A stretch of DNA of 64,000 nucleotides from a virus (Duplodnaviria > Heunggongvirae > Uroviricota > Caudoviricetes): positions 21,726-85,725 of the IMG/VR virus record IMGVR_UViG_3300035156_000038, one strand, 5' to 3'. Numbering within the stretch: the stretch's first letter is position 1; every line of letters begins with the position of its first letter. The translations under genes and the position numbers were made by a program. The notes under the pieces were generated by a model. It saw only the letters and a list, made by a program, of their open reading frames with translations. It was not told the origin of the DNA and did no database searches. Below, one piece after another: positions 45,322 through 54,615 of this stretch.

Positions 45322-45477
45322 GTCGTAACCTTCAGGTAGCAGTTCAACCTTGTCACTGCCCCCGTAAATCATCCCGCCAACCGGGGCCATTTCCTCTGCG
45401 TCACCGTCATAAATAAGCACGGTTGCTCCCGGGTCCGCTTTAGCCAGCATGGCTATCAGTTCTCTCACTTGCATATT
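45322..45477 (-). CDS. small protein (~51 aa)
   Basis: Sub-threshold ORF MQVRELIAMLAKADPGATVLIYDGD… with RBS TTAGGAGCCAATATG. Approximate. Confidence 0.3.
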
Positions 45478-45482
45478 GGCTC

Positions 45483-45686
45483 CTAATTAAGTTCCAGAAT
45501 GGCGTATTCTTCGTTTGGGAACTCTCGTTGCATGTAGTCGCGGTTTTTGATCGCAATGAGCTTGTCGTCGGTAACGGCACGGGGAACCTTCCGGCCTTCG
45601 TAGTCGCTCATGCCACAGGTACGCCAGTTGGTTCCTTCAGCCTTCCGCATCAGCTTGTACCGGGCCTTCGTGTCTCTTGGTTTCAT
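45483..45686 (-). CDS. hypothetical protein
   Basis: Start set at MKPRDTKARY (RBS AAGGAGTAAGTATG), just downstream of the 45715–45743 promoter. Confidence 0.45.
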   Translation of the reverse strand: MKPRDTKARYKLMRKAEGTNWRTCGMSDYEGRKVPRAVTDDKLIAIKNRDYMQREFPNEEYAILELN

Positions 45687-45714
45687 ACTTACTCCTTGGG
45701 TAAAATAAAGGGCC

Positions 45715-45743
45715 ATGATACCGTAGTATCACAGCCCTGTCAA
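45715..45743 (-). promoter_or_regulatory. sigma70-type promoter
   Basis: Minus strand: TTGACA - 17 - TATCAT. Confidence 0.55.
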
Positions 45744-45869
45744 GCTAGCTTGGTAGCTAGTTAGCGGTTTGCCTTTGCATCCAGCAACAGGCAGATGAAT
45801 CCTGCCAGCCACCAAATCAGGTCAGCGTCGAACGCAATACAGGCTACCAGTCCGAAAAGTGCAAGCATG

Positions 45870-46130
45870 TTACTTCCCCTTGTTAAAATACTTCGTATGT
45901 AAGAAGGTAGACGTAATGCTGCCCAGTCCACCACCGAGGCCGATAGCTAGCACCACCCAGCCCAAGCCGTTGTGCACCACCTTCAGTAAAATCACGGCTT
46001 CACACACGGCCATGAGCATACTGACGGGCAGGATGCAAGCGTACTTCCTGTGCATCACATTAAGCTGCTGGAACGAACGCAGCCCAATGTTCAGGAAGCT
46101 AGCAAAGAAAGCCGCTAGATAAAGCATCAA
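45870..46130 (-). CDS. membrane protein
   Basis: 86 aa, 2–3 TM helices. Confidence 0.4.
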   Translation of the reverse strand: MMLYLAAFFASFLNIGLRSFQQLNVMHRKYACILPVSMLMAVCEAVILLKVVHNGLGWVVLAIGLGGGLGSITSTFLHTKYFNKGK

Positions 46131-46372
46131 CCATTCTCCCGCACCCGGACGCTACCCAGCTTACATTTCAGTAGTTTTTCAGCTTGACGCAGGCTGGTAG
46201 CGAATGCTTGCGCTTCGTCGTGGGACGGGAACGCTTCGAACTGTGGCTTACTGTTGTAGTAATCACTAACGTAGTGATAAACCGAAGTCCATTCCACAAT
46301 CCACAACTGCGCTACGGTAACTTCCCGTGTGTTGTTCGTTTCCGGTACTTGCTTCTTCTTCCAGAACCACAT
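46127..46372 (-). CDS. hypothetical protein
   Basis: 81 aa; coupled to neighbours. Confidence 0.4.
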   Translation of the reverse strand: MWFWKKKQVPETNNTREVTVAQLWIVEWTSVYHYVSDYYNSKPQFEAFPSHDEAQAFATSLRQAEKLLKCKLGSVRVRENG

Positions 46373-46373
46373 A

Positions 46374-47645
46374 TCAACCGCCTACCGTGTAGTGTTTCGG
46401 GTTCTTACCTTCGTGGACGGCTGCAATCTGCGGCACAAGTGCCTTCAGTGCATCACGCTCTTTCAGGTAGCCAGCCATTTTCAGGCGGTCGTCAATCAGC
46501 ATTCCAGCAGCACGCGCTTCCACAAGGATAGCCACGTTGGCAAGAACACCGCCAAGGTGCGGCACACCGTCAGCCGGGTCAAATTCTTCGCCTGCTTCCC
46601 ACGAAGCAAGGTGGCGTTTGATAGCCGCGATGTAGATGCTAGCTTCCACCGGAGTGTTAGCGAAGTTAGCCTTGCCGTACTTCAGCGAACCGTTGTACAG
46701 GGCCAGTGAACCGTAAGCCGAAGCAAGGTTGCTCCACATATTCAGCGGAATCGAAGCCAGCCCGTATTGCTTCTTCGGGTTGGTGTCGGGCGGCGAATCT
46801 TCGTCGTGGTGGACGAACCCACGGTCAGGGTATGCCTCCTTCGCTGGCGTAACAACCGGGCAAACACGGTAGGCAACGATGTCATTTTGTGCACCGTCAT
46901 GCTGCCAGAATTGGCTAGAAGCATCACGTGCGCTTGCCTCAAACTCGTTAGCACGCACATTGAAAGCTGGACGTTCGCCGTCACGATAGCGAACATCCAC
47001 ACGGGTGCCGTCTGGTACAGGGCATTCACCGCCGTTCCAGCTAATGAAGCCGTCCTTACCCACTTGCACAGTTTCAGTGCCGCCAGCAGCTTCCACCACA
47101 TCAGCCACCATAGCTTGCAGGGTGACAGGCTCTTGCACAGGGCGGTAGTAGGCGATGCAGCCAAGGCTCGCACCAACGCCCCACCACCAAGTATCGGCTT
47201 CATGTCTTGCGTTGGTCTGTCCCCGGTTAAACATCACTTCAACCTTACCTTCGATGGTAGGTTGCACGCCAGTATTCTTGATCCAGCCTTCAGCGAGCAT
47301 GACCGCTTCGGCACGCTTAGCAACAGCACGCTTGCGTTGATCCTTCTTACGTGCCTTGCGGATTGCCTTGACAGCATTGACGGCTTCACGCAAACCGAAG
47401 AACGTAAATTCGCCAGTCTTAGGCTCCCACCGCTGTTCTTGTGGGCAGTTGGTGATGCGGCAATCTTCGTCAACCATCAGGAAAGAGTTACCGTTGCTGT
47501 AGTCAAACTTGGTGCGGCAACCCGAAGCCCATTTGAACCCGAGCTTGAACATCAGTTCTTGTGCACGATGGGATTGTTCAAGGTTTTTAGTACGAATAAA
47601 TCCACCCTTGAACTTGTCGGTGATGTGGTTTGTTGCAAAACTCAT
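46374..47645 (-). CDS. hypothetical protein (C-terminal domain possibly dNTP-pyrophosphohydrolase-like)
   Basis: 423 aa; conserved-looking C-terminal block NPKKQYGL…; not recognised with confidence. Confidence 0.4.
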   Translation of the reverse strand: MSFATNHITDKFKGGFIRTKNLEQSHRAQELMFKLGFKWASGCRTKFDYSNGNSFLMVDEDCRITNCPQEQRWEPKTGEFTFFGLREAVNAVKAIRKARKKDQRKRAVAKRAEAVMLAEGWIKNTGVQPTIEGKVEVMFNRGQTNARHEADTWWWGVGASLGCIAYYRPVQEPVTLQAMVADVVEAAGGTETVQVGKDGFISWNGGECPVPDGTRVDVRYRDGERPAFNVRANEFEASARDASSQFWQHDGAQNDIVAYRVCPVVTPAKEAYPDRGFVHHDEDSPPDTNPKKQYGLASIPLNMWSNLASAYGSLALYNGSLKYGKANFANTPVEASIYIAAIKRHLASWEAGEEFDPADGVPHLGGVLANVAILVEARAAGMLIDDRLKMAGYLKERDALKALVPQIAAVHEGKNPKHYTVGG

Positions 47646-47660
47646 GTGTTACTCCTTTAG

Positions 47661-48164
47661 TTAGTTAATAATTCCTGCTGCTACGGCTTCTCTTTTAATT
47701 TCAAGCTTTTTACGGTCTTCGTTAAACTTGTCCATCGAATAGGGATTATCCGGGCCGTAGGAAAACAAAAGCTTTAGTAGTTCTCTTGTGTCGTCCCAGC
47801 CAGCAGCTTCCAGCCTGTCGTTTGCTTCTTGCCGCTCCCGTGCCTTAATGGCAGATTGTACTCGGGCTTCGCGGCATTCTGCTTGGTATTGCTCTGGAGT
47901 CTTACCCTTAGCCGGGTGATTGTCCATGTGATGCTTAACTCTTGCTAACAAGTGTTCGCAGTCGTTTAGCAACCAGCCTTCCGGCATAACCCCGGACGGC
48001 TGAACGTCAGAGTGTTCGTGGACTACGAAGCCGTTGCGCGTCATGAATTCCAACCACTTACCAGCCTCGCAGTCTTTGTGGAAGATGCGTAATGAAACGC
48101 CCCTAGCCGTTGCCGAGTAACTTCCGTAAGCAGTCTTCCTTATACGTGCTTTAGCCACTTTCAT
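47661..48164 (-). CDS. hypothetical protein
   Basis: 167 aa. Confidence 0.45.
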   Translation of the reverse strand: MKVAKARIRKTAYGSYSATARGVSLRIFHKDCEAGKWLEFMTRNGFVVHEHSDVQPSGVMPEGWLLNDCEHLLARVKHHMDNHPAKGKTPEQYQAECREARVQSAIKARERQEANDRLEAAGWDDTRELLKLLFSYGPDNPYSMDKFNEDRKKLEIKREAVAAGIIN

Positions 48165-48199
48165 ACTGCGTCCTTAATGTTTGAGTTAGTAGAGTAGGC

Positions 48200-48229
48200 A
48201 GTGTACTAGGCCACTACCTACCCTGTCAA
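48200..48229 (-). promoter_or_regulatory. sigma70-type promoter
   Basis: Minus strand: TTGACA - 18 - TACACT. Confidence 0.45.
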
Positions 48230-48234
48230 GCACT

Positions 48235-49878
48235 TTAGTAGCCTGAACCTTCAGTTTGCGCAAGAATCACTTCCCAGGTGTCGTCATCCACCGAAAACGC
48301 ATCGGCAACGCCTAGGTAGCTCCACGGGCGATTCTTCAGCACGGTAAGCCGCACGTTACCCCGGCTACGGTCTGGAAGAATCTCAGGTTCCAAGCCAAGG
48401 ATGATGAACGAAAGCTGTTCAAGCGCAGCCGAACCACGCATCATTTCCTTGTTCACCGTAACCCAGAACGGCTCATCTTCCTTACCCTTCGGGGCCTTGT
48501 AGTCAGCCGTACGGTTGATGTGGCTAACCGCGATGATGCAGACGTCGTTAGCAGCACAGAAGGCCGCTAGCTCCGTCATAACCATATCCAGTTCCTTACG
48601 CTCGTTCGCAATATCGCTACCCGAGATAACAACCGACAGGTGATCCAGAATGATGTACTTGCACTTCTCTACAAGGTGCATGTGCTTGATCTTGCTCATC
48701 AGTTCCGTAATCGGCAGGCTACCGAAGTGGCCCAGCATGATAAGCTTGTCGTCATTCTTGATACTATCGTATGCTTCTTGGATAGCTTCACGGCTAGCAC
48801 ACTGAAGCGGGTTGTTCTTGAACTTGTTATAGTTCACCTTCAGCTTCGCAGCAACCATACGTTGCAGCGTTTCTTTGTTGGTTTCTTCCAAATAGATCAT
48901 GCCAACGCGTTCACCAGCTTCAATGAACCCGCTAGCGAAAATGGAAGTAACCGTGGACTTACCAACACCAGACGGCGACGTAAGTAGCACAAGCTCACGC
49001 GTACGGAAGCCGTGAATCTTGCGCATCAACTCTGGGAAGCAGTTGATGTAGATGCCTTCCGGGCGTGGTGCAATCAGTTCGTCAAACGAAATGTCAGACG
49101 CACGCGTAATCTTCTCAGCCGAGTAAGCACGCTTGCCGAAAGCCACCAGACGGGCAAGCTCCATAGATTCCCCGGCTTGCATCATATCTGAGGCGTCTTT
49201 ATGGCCGCTAGGCGTCGTTGTAACGAACAGGCTGACAGCAGACCCTACCAGTGCGCTAGCAACAGCTTCACGGGCTTCGTGGCCCCGCATAATGCCCTTC
49301 AGCTTTTCAGCCGGGGTAGAGTAGTCGTCATCGAAGAAGATGTTCAGCGAATCGAAGCTTTGTACAAAATCTTCGTTCTTCAACACGGCTTCCACCGCGT
49401 TAGCTGTACCCATCGGGATAGATACAATGAACGGTTCAAGTCCATCGTACTTACCACCCTTGACGCTATCAACTGAAGCTTGGTAGCAGCTTAGCGCATC
49501 CCATTCGCCTTCCGTCATGGTAAGCAGGTTACGCTTACGGCCCACGTTTTCAGCTTGGGTTTGGCCGAACAGCTTGTTACCAATGTTGACAGAGCCTACC
49601 GCCGTCCAATGAAATTTTTCACTCTTGTCTTTTGTCAGGTCTTGCTTCTTGTAGCCTGTGATCTTGCCTTTCTGGTCGTACGAGGGGAAGTAGACAGCTT
49701 CAATGGTGGAGCCGTCAGTTTCACTAATACCGACCTTCACACCGAACTTCTGACACGTTGCTTTGCTAATCCCGCGTTCTGGGATGTCACGGTACACGTA
49801 GCCTTCCACGTCCTTAACTGTCTCTTTCGGGACGTACTCTGGTTTTTCACTCATATAACTCTTTCCTTGTTCGTACAT
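48235..49878 (-). CDS. bifunctional primase-helicase (T7 gp4-like: TOPRIM + DnaB-family helicase)
   Basis: 547 aa; Walker A TSPSGVGKST, DnaB-like H2/H3 (ILDHLS…); N-terminal primase-like region. Confidence 0.75.
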   Translation of the reverse strand: MYEQGKSYMSEKPEYVPKETVKDVEGYVYRDIPERGISKATCQKFGVKVGISETDGSTIEAVYFPSYDQKGKITGYKKQDLTKDKSEKFHWTAVGSVNIGNKLFGQTQAENVGRKRNLLTMTEGEWDALSCYQASVDSVKGGKYDGLEPFIVSIPMGTANAVEAVLKNEDFVQSFDSLNIFFDDDYSTPAEKLKGIMRGHEAREAVASALVGSAVSLFVTTTPSGHKDASDMMQAGESMELARLVAFGKRAYSAEKITRASDISFDELIAPRPEGIYINCFPELMRKIHGFRTRELVLLTSPSGVGKSTVTSIFASGFIEAGERVGMIYLEETNKETLQRMVAAKLKVNYNKFKNNPLQCASREAIQEAYDSIKNDDKLIMLGHFGSLPITELMSKIKHMHLVEKCKYIILDHLSVVISGSDIANERKELDMVMTELAAFCAANDVCIIAVSHINRTADYKAPKGKEDEPFWVTVNKEMMRGSAALEQLSFIILGLEPEILPDRSRGNVRLTVLKNRPWSYLGVADAFSVDDDTWEVILAQTEGSGY

Positions 49879-49895
49879 CTTACTTCCTTAGTTGA

Positions 49896-49913
49896 AACGG
49901 GGCCGAAGCCCCG
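49896..49913 (-). terminator. hairpin (same 18-mer as at 30501) between ThyX and primase genes
   Basis: ACGGGGCCGAAGCCCCGT; weak U tract on minus strand. Confidence 0.35.
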
Positions 49914-49918
49914 TGTTG

Positions 49919-50914
49919 TTACGCTTCGTAGTTCTCGCCCGGAATCAGCTTGCGGTATTGAATCCAGCCCTTCAGGTTGCCCGACCACAGTTGGTAGTCA
50001 CGATCCATGTGCGTGATGCCCGGTTGCCACGTGCTAGGTTGCCACGGGATGTTGCGGTACTTCACTTCACGGTTGATCGCTTCAACCTTGTCTTGCATAG
50101 GCGTAGCGCAGTGTTCAAACGCACTTGCGTGCTTCTTATCACTACCTACCAGACGGTCGTACACTTCGATGCTCTTAGCAATGCCGTAGCCTTCGTTGCG
50201 ATACGAGACAGCAGCGCAGCGTGCACACGAAATTTTGATTGCTTCGTCCAGCGTGACTTCAACGATTTGGTCTTGCTCGTCGTAGATGCCATACCACACG
50301 CCTTCACGCCCATCAGCGTACACGTAGGTATCAATGTAAGGCAAGTGCCATTCACCCGGCTTCAGGTATTGTGGCGTAGCTGCTTCCATAGCTTCACGCA
50401 TCACACGGGCAAGCTCACGAATCGTAGGGTCAGCAGCATCGTCGTCACGCAGCCACCAGAAGTTTTCCAGTTCGGTTGCGCTAAGAACCGTCTTCATCAT
50501 CTGGAACGGCTCAAGCAGGCGGTTGTACACTTGCTTGTGGTAGCCAGCTTCCTTAAAGTTCCTTGCCATGCCAATAGCTAGCTGCTTAGCATCTTCCCAA
50601 GCTTCTTCGGGTGACACGGGGGCTGCACCCCACGAGCCTTTAACTTTGGCATCAAAGTCTTCGCCCTTATCTTGCATACCAGCTTGGTTAGCCCCGAAGC
50701 GTACAGGACGCCCGTTAAGCTGCAACAGCATCTTGTCGAACGGCACAGCACGCGAGCTAAAGCTATTACGCGACAGCATACGGTGCGTGTTCAGTTCGGC
50801 CAAGATCAGACGCGGATACTCGATTTCGAACGTAATCATTGGTACGCCGAACGGGCTTACCGAGTAGCACAGCACCGTTACTTTGATGCCGCATTTTCCT
50901 TCAAATGTTTTCAA
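49919..50914 (-). CDS. thyX: flavin-dependent thymidylate synthase (ThyX-like)
   Basis: ELNTHRMLSRNSFSSRAV resembles the ThyX RHR-x7-S motif; 331 aa; starts at TTG with RBS GGAGAAGAAGA. Confidence 0.5.
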   Translation of the reverse strand: MKTFEGKCGIKVTVLCYSVSPFGVPMITFEIEYPRLILAELNTHRMLSRNSFSSRAVPFDKMLLQLNGRPVRFGANQAGMQDKGEDFDAKVKGSWGAAPVSPEEAWEDAKQLAIGMARNFKEAGYHKQVYNRLLEPFQMMKTVLSATELENFWWLRDDDAADPTIRELARVMREAMEAATPQYLKPGEWHLPYIDTYVYADGREGVWYGIYDEQDQIVEVTLDEAIKISCARCAAVSYRNEGYGIAKSIEVYDRLVGSDKKHASAFEHCATPMQDKVEAINREVKYRNIPWQPSTWQPGITHMDRDYQLWSGNLKGWIQYRKLIPGENYEA

Positions 50915-50917
50915 TCT

Positions 50918-51077
50918 TCTTCTCCTTGCGACTCCCGGTACTCTTGCATGGCATCATCCCAGCCACACCAGTTGTCAACGCCGTGGTTGCGAAGCGCGTT
51001 GTACTTCCAAGCGTCTGCTTGCATGGCGTTGAACTCTGTTTCCGTAAGCGTCACGGTTCCGTCACTGTGGAAAACCA
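50918..51077 (-). CDS. small protein (~55 aa)
   Basis: Sub-threshold ORF MVFHSDGTVTLTETEFNAMQADAWKYNALRNHG… between tandem paralogs and thyX. Approximate. Confidence 0.3.
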
Positions 51078-51416
51078 TTACACCACCCCCGCTGCTTCCA
51101 ACACCTTAGCTACTTCAGCAGCCGTCAGTTGCTTGTTAATACGGATAAGCGTGACATCGCTCACTTCCACCATGAACTTAGTGACTTCGCCACCCGATGC
51201 GACAGCCGGGGCTGGAATCGTGATGTAATCCAGATTCAGGTAGGCCCAGCCGTCGCTATCTACCGTTTTAGGCACGTGGAACGCTGGCAAGTCGGTGCCG
51301 TCATCGTTACGGAACGTAACCAACGTTCCGTCCAGATCGTCGTAACCCTTACCGTTGCTTTGATACAGGTAGGATTGGCCGACAACAAGGCCCATTTTCT
51401 CTGCTGGCGTAGTCAT
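51078..51416 (-). CDS. tandem paralog a (hypothetical)
   Basis: 112 aa; shares M..A.E.GL(V/I)VG..Y…F… with 51416..51739. Confidence 0.45.
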   Translation of the reverse strand: MTTPAEKMGLVVGQSYLYQSNGKGYDDLDGTLVTFRNDDGTDLPAFHVPKTVDSDGWAYLNLDYITIPAPAVASGGEVTKFMVEVSDVTLIRINKQLTAAEVAKVLEAAGVV

Positions 51417-51739
51417 TATTTATTTCCTTTCACGATGATTGCTGCGATTTGTGCTTGTTCGGCTGGGGTCAGCTTACGGTCAACCTTAATCACGGTCGTT
51501 TCGACGGTGCGGGTTGCTGCTTCAAAGGTAACACCCTTAGCCGGGGCAACCATCACTTGAGCGTAGGCGTAACCTTCATAGCTAGTGGCGAGGTTTCGGA
51601 ACAGTGGGCAGCTTGAGCCGTCATCACGGACGAAACGCACCTTAGCACCCACGGGGAACTTGCTAACGTGGCCCGAGTCACCTTCCACGGTGTATTCATT
51701 ACCAACGATTAGGCCCAGTTCAGTTGCTTTCGTACTCAT
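51416..51739 (-). CDS. tandem paralog b (hypothetical)
   Basis: 107 aa; RBS AAAGGAGAAACAAAAATG. Confidence 0.45.
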   Translation of the reverse strand: MSTKATELGLIVGNEYTVEGDSGHVSKFPVGAKVRFVRDDGSSCPLFRNLATSYEGYAYAQVMVAPAKGVTFEAATRTVETTVIKVDRKLTPAEQAQIAAIIVKGNK

Positions 51740-52203
51740 TTTTGTTTCTCCTTTGGGTTGTTACGGTAGAACACGTGTCCACCGATTGAAAAAATTCGTT
51801 TCATCTTAGAAGCCCATGTGGGCTTCACTTGTTTGCTATGAAAGTAGCTAGCGTTCGGCACGACAGGCTTTACCTTCCTCACTTCGCCCAACCGTTCCAA
51901 CATCGCATCATCGGCCTTCAGCCGCATACCACGGCGGTAGCCTGAGAATTGATGCTTTTGCTTCACTACTTCACAAGCTGTTAGGTTACGAGTCGTCATG
52001 CGATGCTTTACAACATCATACACGGCCCGTTGGCCCGTTAGGGGTTCGCCCCTTGCTTCGTCATGGATAACCCACGCAAAGCAAATGTCGTCACTACTGA
52101 TAACCTTCGCTATTGGCGCATCAGGTGCCTTGGGCGGGACTGCCAGCGTAGTTGTTACACAAGATAGCAACAACACAAGCAGCCCCCTTACGGCCCAGCG
52201 CAT
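51736..52203 (-). CDS. secreted cell-wall hydrolase, SleB/CwlJ (Hydrolase_2)-like
   Basis: Signal peptide MRWAVRGLLVLLLSCVTTTLA; …WVIHDEARGEP…AVYDVVKHRM… matches the Hydrolase_2 motif (EARGE…AV..VV.NR). Confidence 0.55.
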   Translation of the reverse strand: MRWAVRGLLVLLLSCVTTTLAVPPKAPDAPIAKVISSDDICFAWVIHDEARGEPLTGQRAVYDVVKHRMTTRNLTACEVVKQKHQFSGYRRGMRLKADDAMLERLGEVRKVKPVVPNASYFHSKQVKPTWASKMKRIFSIGGHVFYRNNPKEKQK

Positions 52204-53378
52204 CAGCCCTTGTGCAACAGGTATTCGTTCGAAATTGCCTTGAACGAAAAGTCGCGGCCATACGCCTTGAATACAATACCTTCACGCATCACGCCTTCAT
52301 TGTCACCCTTGCCGGATGCGAACGTAAGGGCCTTCTGCACAACGTCATCGCCATCCTTCAGGCCGAGAATTTCACGCAGCGTGCCTTCAGCTACAACCGT
52401 AGCGTGATTGATTTCGCTAATACCTGCAAACAGGCGGCGTTCACCCGGTAGGTAGTATTTCTGTTCGTCAATGTCAAAGATGTCAAACAGGTGGAATTCC
52501 ACACCGCTAACCTTCTCGTAGTTACCCTGAATATCCGGGGCAACAACTTCGCCTTGCAGGGCAATGCTACCGTCCGTCATCTTGCTAGCACCGCTACACA
52601 GGTAGGCAAGCAGTGGAGCAGCGGCCTTGTGGAAGTTGCTGTTGCCTTCCAGCGGCAGTAGGACGTTACGCGAGCAGATGCCAAACACAGGCTCTTGCTT
52701 GCCGCCGAAGAAGCGAATCTTCAGGCGAGTCCACAGCGAATCCTTGATGCCGAGAAGCTTCTTAGCGTCAGCGTAGTATTCGCTATCCGGGTTCACACGG
52801 AACACCGTCATGCTGCTACCATCCTTCTTCATCGAAGCTTCGAACACGGTATCCAGTTCACGCACAACCAAGTGGCCGTAGTTCTGCACACGCTCTTGAT
52901 CCGTCTTCTTGATGAAGTACGGGAACTCACGCGTCTTGCTAGGCATCAAGCTAGTGTTGGCGTTCTTTTCTTCAGGGGCTTCCCACTTCTGGATGCCCAG
53001 TGCTTCGGTAACGTCCGTGCCTTCAGCCAGACCCGATTTCAGGAATTCAGGGCTGTTACCAAATTTGGTCATCATCGACCCGGCCAGCGGCAGCAGCAGA
53101 CCTTGGGAGATTTGCTTTTTAAGCTTGATCGTCTTCAGACGTTCGCCTTGGACGCCGCCGTATTCCTTCGGTGCGTAGCCTTCTTTGGTCAGGAACGGTG
53201 CAATCGTGTTTGGAATCCACGAATCAATTTCGAAGTACACGGCTTGGTCGCCTACAGCGAATTCACCCTTCTTCACCACGACTTGCCAGCCCTTGATAAG
53301 AGCCAGTTCGATACGGTCAGCGCCGGGGATGGGCAGCAAGGCTTTCACCACTTCGATAGTTGCCAGTTTGCGAGTCAT
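52203..53378 (-). CDS. ATP-dependent RNA ligase (DraRnl/Rnl5-like)
   Basis: N-term MTRKLATIEVVKALLPIPGADRIELALIKGWQVVVKKGEF typical of this RNA ligase family; nucleotidyltransferase motif I KKDGSS (KxDG). Confidence 0.65.
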   Translation of the reverse strand: MTRKLATIEVVKALLPIPGADRIELALIKGWQVVVKKGEFAVGDQAVYFEIDSWIPNTIAPFLTKEGYAPKEYGGVQGERLKTIKLKKQISQGLLLPLAGSMMTKFGNSPEFLKSGLAEGTDVTEALGIQKWEAPEEKNANTSLMPSKTREFPYFIKKTDQERVQNYGHLVVRELDTVFEASMKKDGSSMTVFRVNPDSEYYADAKKLLGIKDSLWTRLKIRFFGGKQEPVFGICSRNVLLPLEGNSNFHKAAAPLLAYLCSGASKMTDGSIALQGEVVAPDIQGNYEKVSGVEFHLFDIFDIDEQKYYLPGERRLFAGISEINHATVVAEGTLREILGLKDGDDVVQKALTFASGKGDNEGVMREGIVFKAYGRDFSFKAISNEYLLHKG

Positions 53379-53399
53379 AATTTCTCCTTAGTTAGTTTG

Positions 53400-53729
53400 T
53401 TAGCTACGAAGCCAGCCAAAGGATAGCACGTAGCGGGTACTACCTACAACCTTTGTTACGCTATGTTCGCACTCGTCAGGCCGGAACAGCTTTATCCGCT
53501 TAGTCTGGAAGATAGGAGTCTTGCAAACAAACTCACCACCTTCCTTGGACGCCTTCAGAACCACGTTCAGCCTGTAATGCTTGCCGCTTTGCACAGGGTC
53601 AGTGTGCGGCGGGATTTCCGAACCTTCCGGGTAGCGAAGGATGTAAAGGTCGAAAGGGAACGGCCATTTCCCGCTTAGCAGCAGCTTCTTTTGGTAGCCA
53701 GTGCCTTGCCTGCCCTGTTCCCACTTCAT
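53400..53729 (-). CDS. 2OG-Fe(II) oxygenase-like small protein
   Basis: Start set at MKWEQGRQ; PPHTD…(~50 aa)…EHSV resembles the HxD…H iron triad. Confidence 0.35.
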   Translation of the reverse strand: MKWEQGRQGTGYQKKLLLSGKWPFPFDLYILRYPEGSEIPPHTDPVQSGKHYRLNVVLKASKEGGEFVCKTPIFQTKRIKLFRPDECEHSVTKVVGSTRYVLSFGWLRS

Positions 53730-53730
53730 G

Positions 53731-53961
53731 TTAAGCCTTTTCAGCCAGCAGCGTACGGATTTGTGCGACAGGCAGGCCGAAGGTTTCATGTGCACGCAGG
53801 ATGATCGTAGCACCCACCTTCAGCGAGCCAGCACGAATCTTGCTAACCACTGGCGGCTTCACATTCAGTGCGATAGCCAAAGCACGGTCGCTAGCTACGC
53901 CCTTGTCAGCACGCAGGTAGTTGAACAGGTTGCCCGAGGCGTCATTTTCGTAAGTTTTCAT
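53731..53961 (-). CDS. HTH DNA-binding protein (Cro/CI-type)
   Basis: 76 aa; SDRALAIALNVKPPVVSKIRAG helix-turn-helix; RBS AAAGGAGCTACAAATG. Confidence 0.5.
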   Translation of the reverse strand: MKTYENDASGNLFNYLRADKGVASDRALAIALNVKPPVVSKIRAGSLKVGATIILRAHETFGLPVAQIRTLLAEKA

Positions 53962-53979
53962 TTGTAGCTCCTTTGTTTG

Positions 53980-54549
53980 TTAGTCGTCAAACTGGCCTTC
54001 AACCAGTGCGATTTTCATGCAAGCGACACGGCCCGAAGCTTGTACCGCGTCAGCTTTAGCACGTGTTTCGTGGTTGTTCCCTGCAACCAGCTTACCATCG
54101 CGGTTGTGGACGTTGACGTAAATAAAGCCTTCGGCTGGTTTCGGTTGCACGTTTTGCAGGTCACGGGGGCTTGGCGAGCCGATGTAGTACGAACCGTCTT
54201 TAGTCCAGCTAATCAGATCAGCACTCTCCCCGATGTAGCCCTTTACTGGGTAATTACCGCGCCCATTTGTTACAAGGATGGTTACAGCCTTGCCTTCCTT
54301 GGTTTCCAGTGGCTTCGTGAAGTCCAGTTCAGCCTTAATTGCTACGAAGTGGCGTGGGCGAATGAACTGCGTGTCCACATAAGCGGATTGATCGCCGTAG
54401 TAGCACATCCCGCGAGCAAGAATGCTATCCCCCGCAGCATTTCGTTCGATAGTGACAATATCACCGTGTTTGAAATTGTGGTAGTTGTCACCTTCCTTGC
54501 CACCCGCGATGATACGAACTTTGTCACCAGCTTTAAGCGTTGATTCCAT
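53980..54549 (-). CDS. paralog-family protein 5
   Basis: Start set at MESTLKAGDKVRII (RBS AAGGAGAATCAAAATG); shares DFTKPLET..G with protein 6. Confidence 0.5.
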   Translation of the reverse strand: MESTLKAGDKVRIIAGGKEGDNYHNFKHGDIVTIERNAAGDSILARGMCYYGDQSAYVDTQFIRPRHFVAIKAELDFTKPLETKEGKAVTILVTNGRGNYPVKGYIGESADLISWTKDGSYYIGSPSPRDLQNVQPKPAEGFIYVNVHNRDGKLVAGNNHETRAKADAVQASGRVACMKIALVEGQFDD

Positions 54550-54583
54550 TTTGATTCTCCTTGAGTTAGTTAATAAAGCAGCT

Positions 54584-54612
54584 AGTATATTAGCTAGCTG
54601 CTTGGCTGTCAA
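54584..54612 (-). promoter_or_regulatory. sigma70-type promoter
   Basis: Minus strand: TTGACA - 17 - TATACT; overlaps the ORF-finder start, supporting the internal start. Confidence 0.55.
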
Positions 54613-54615
54613 GCC

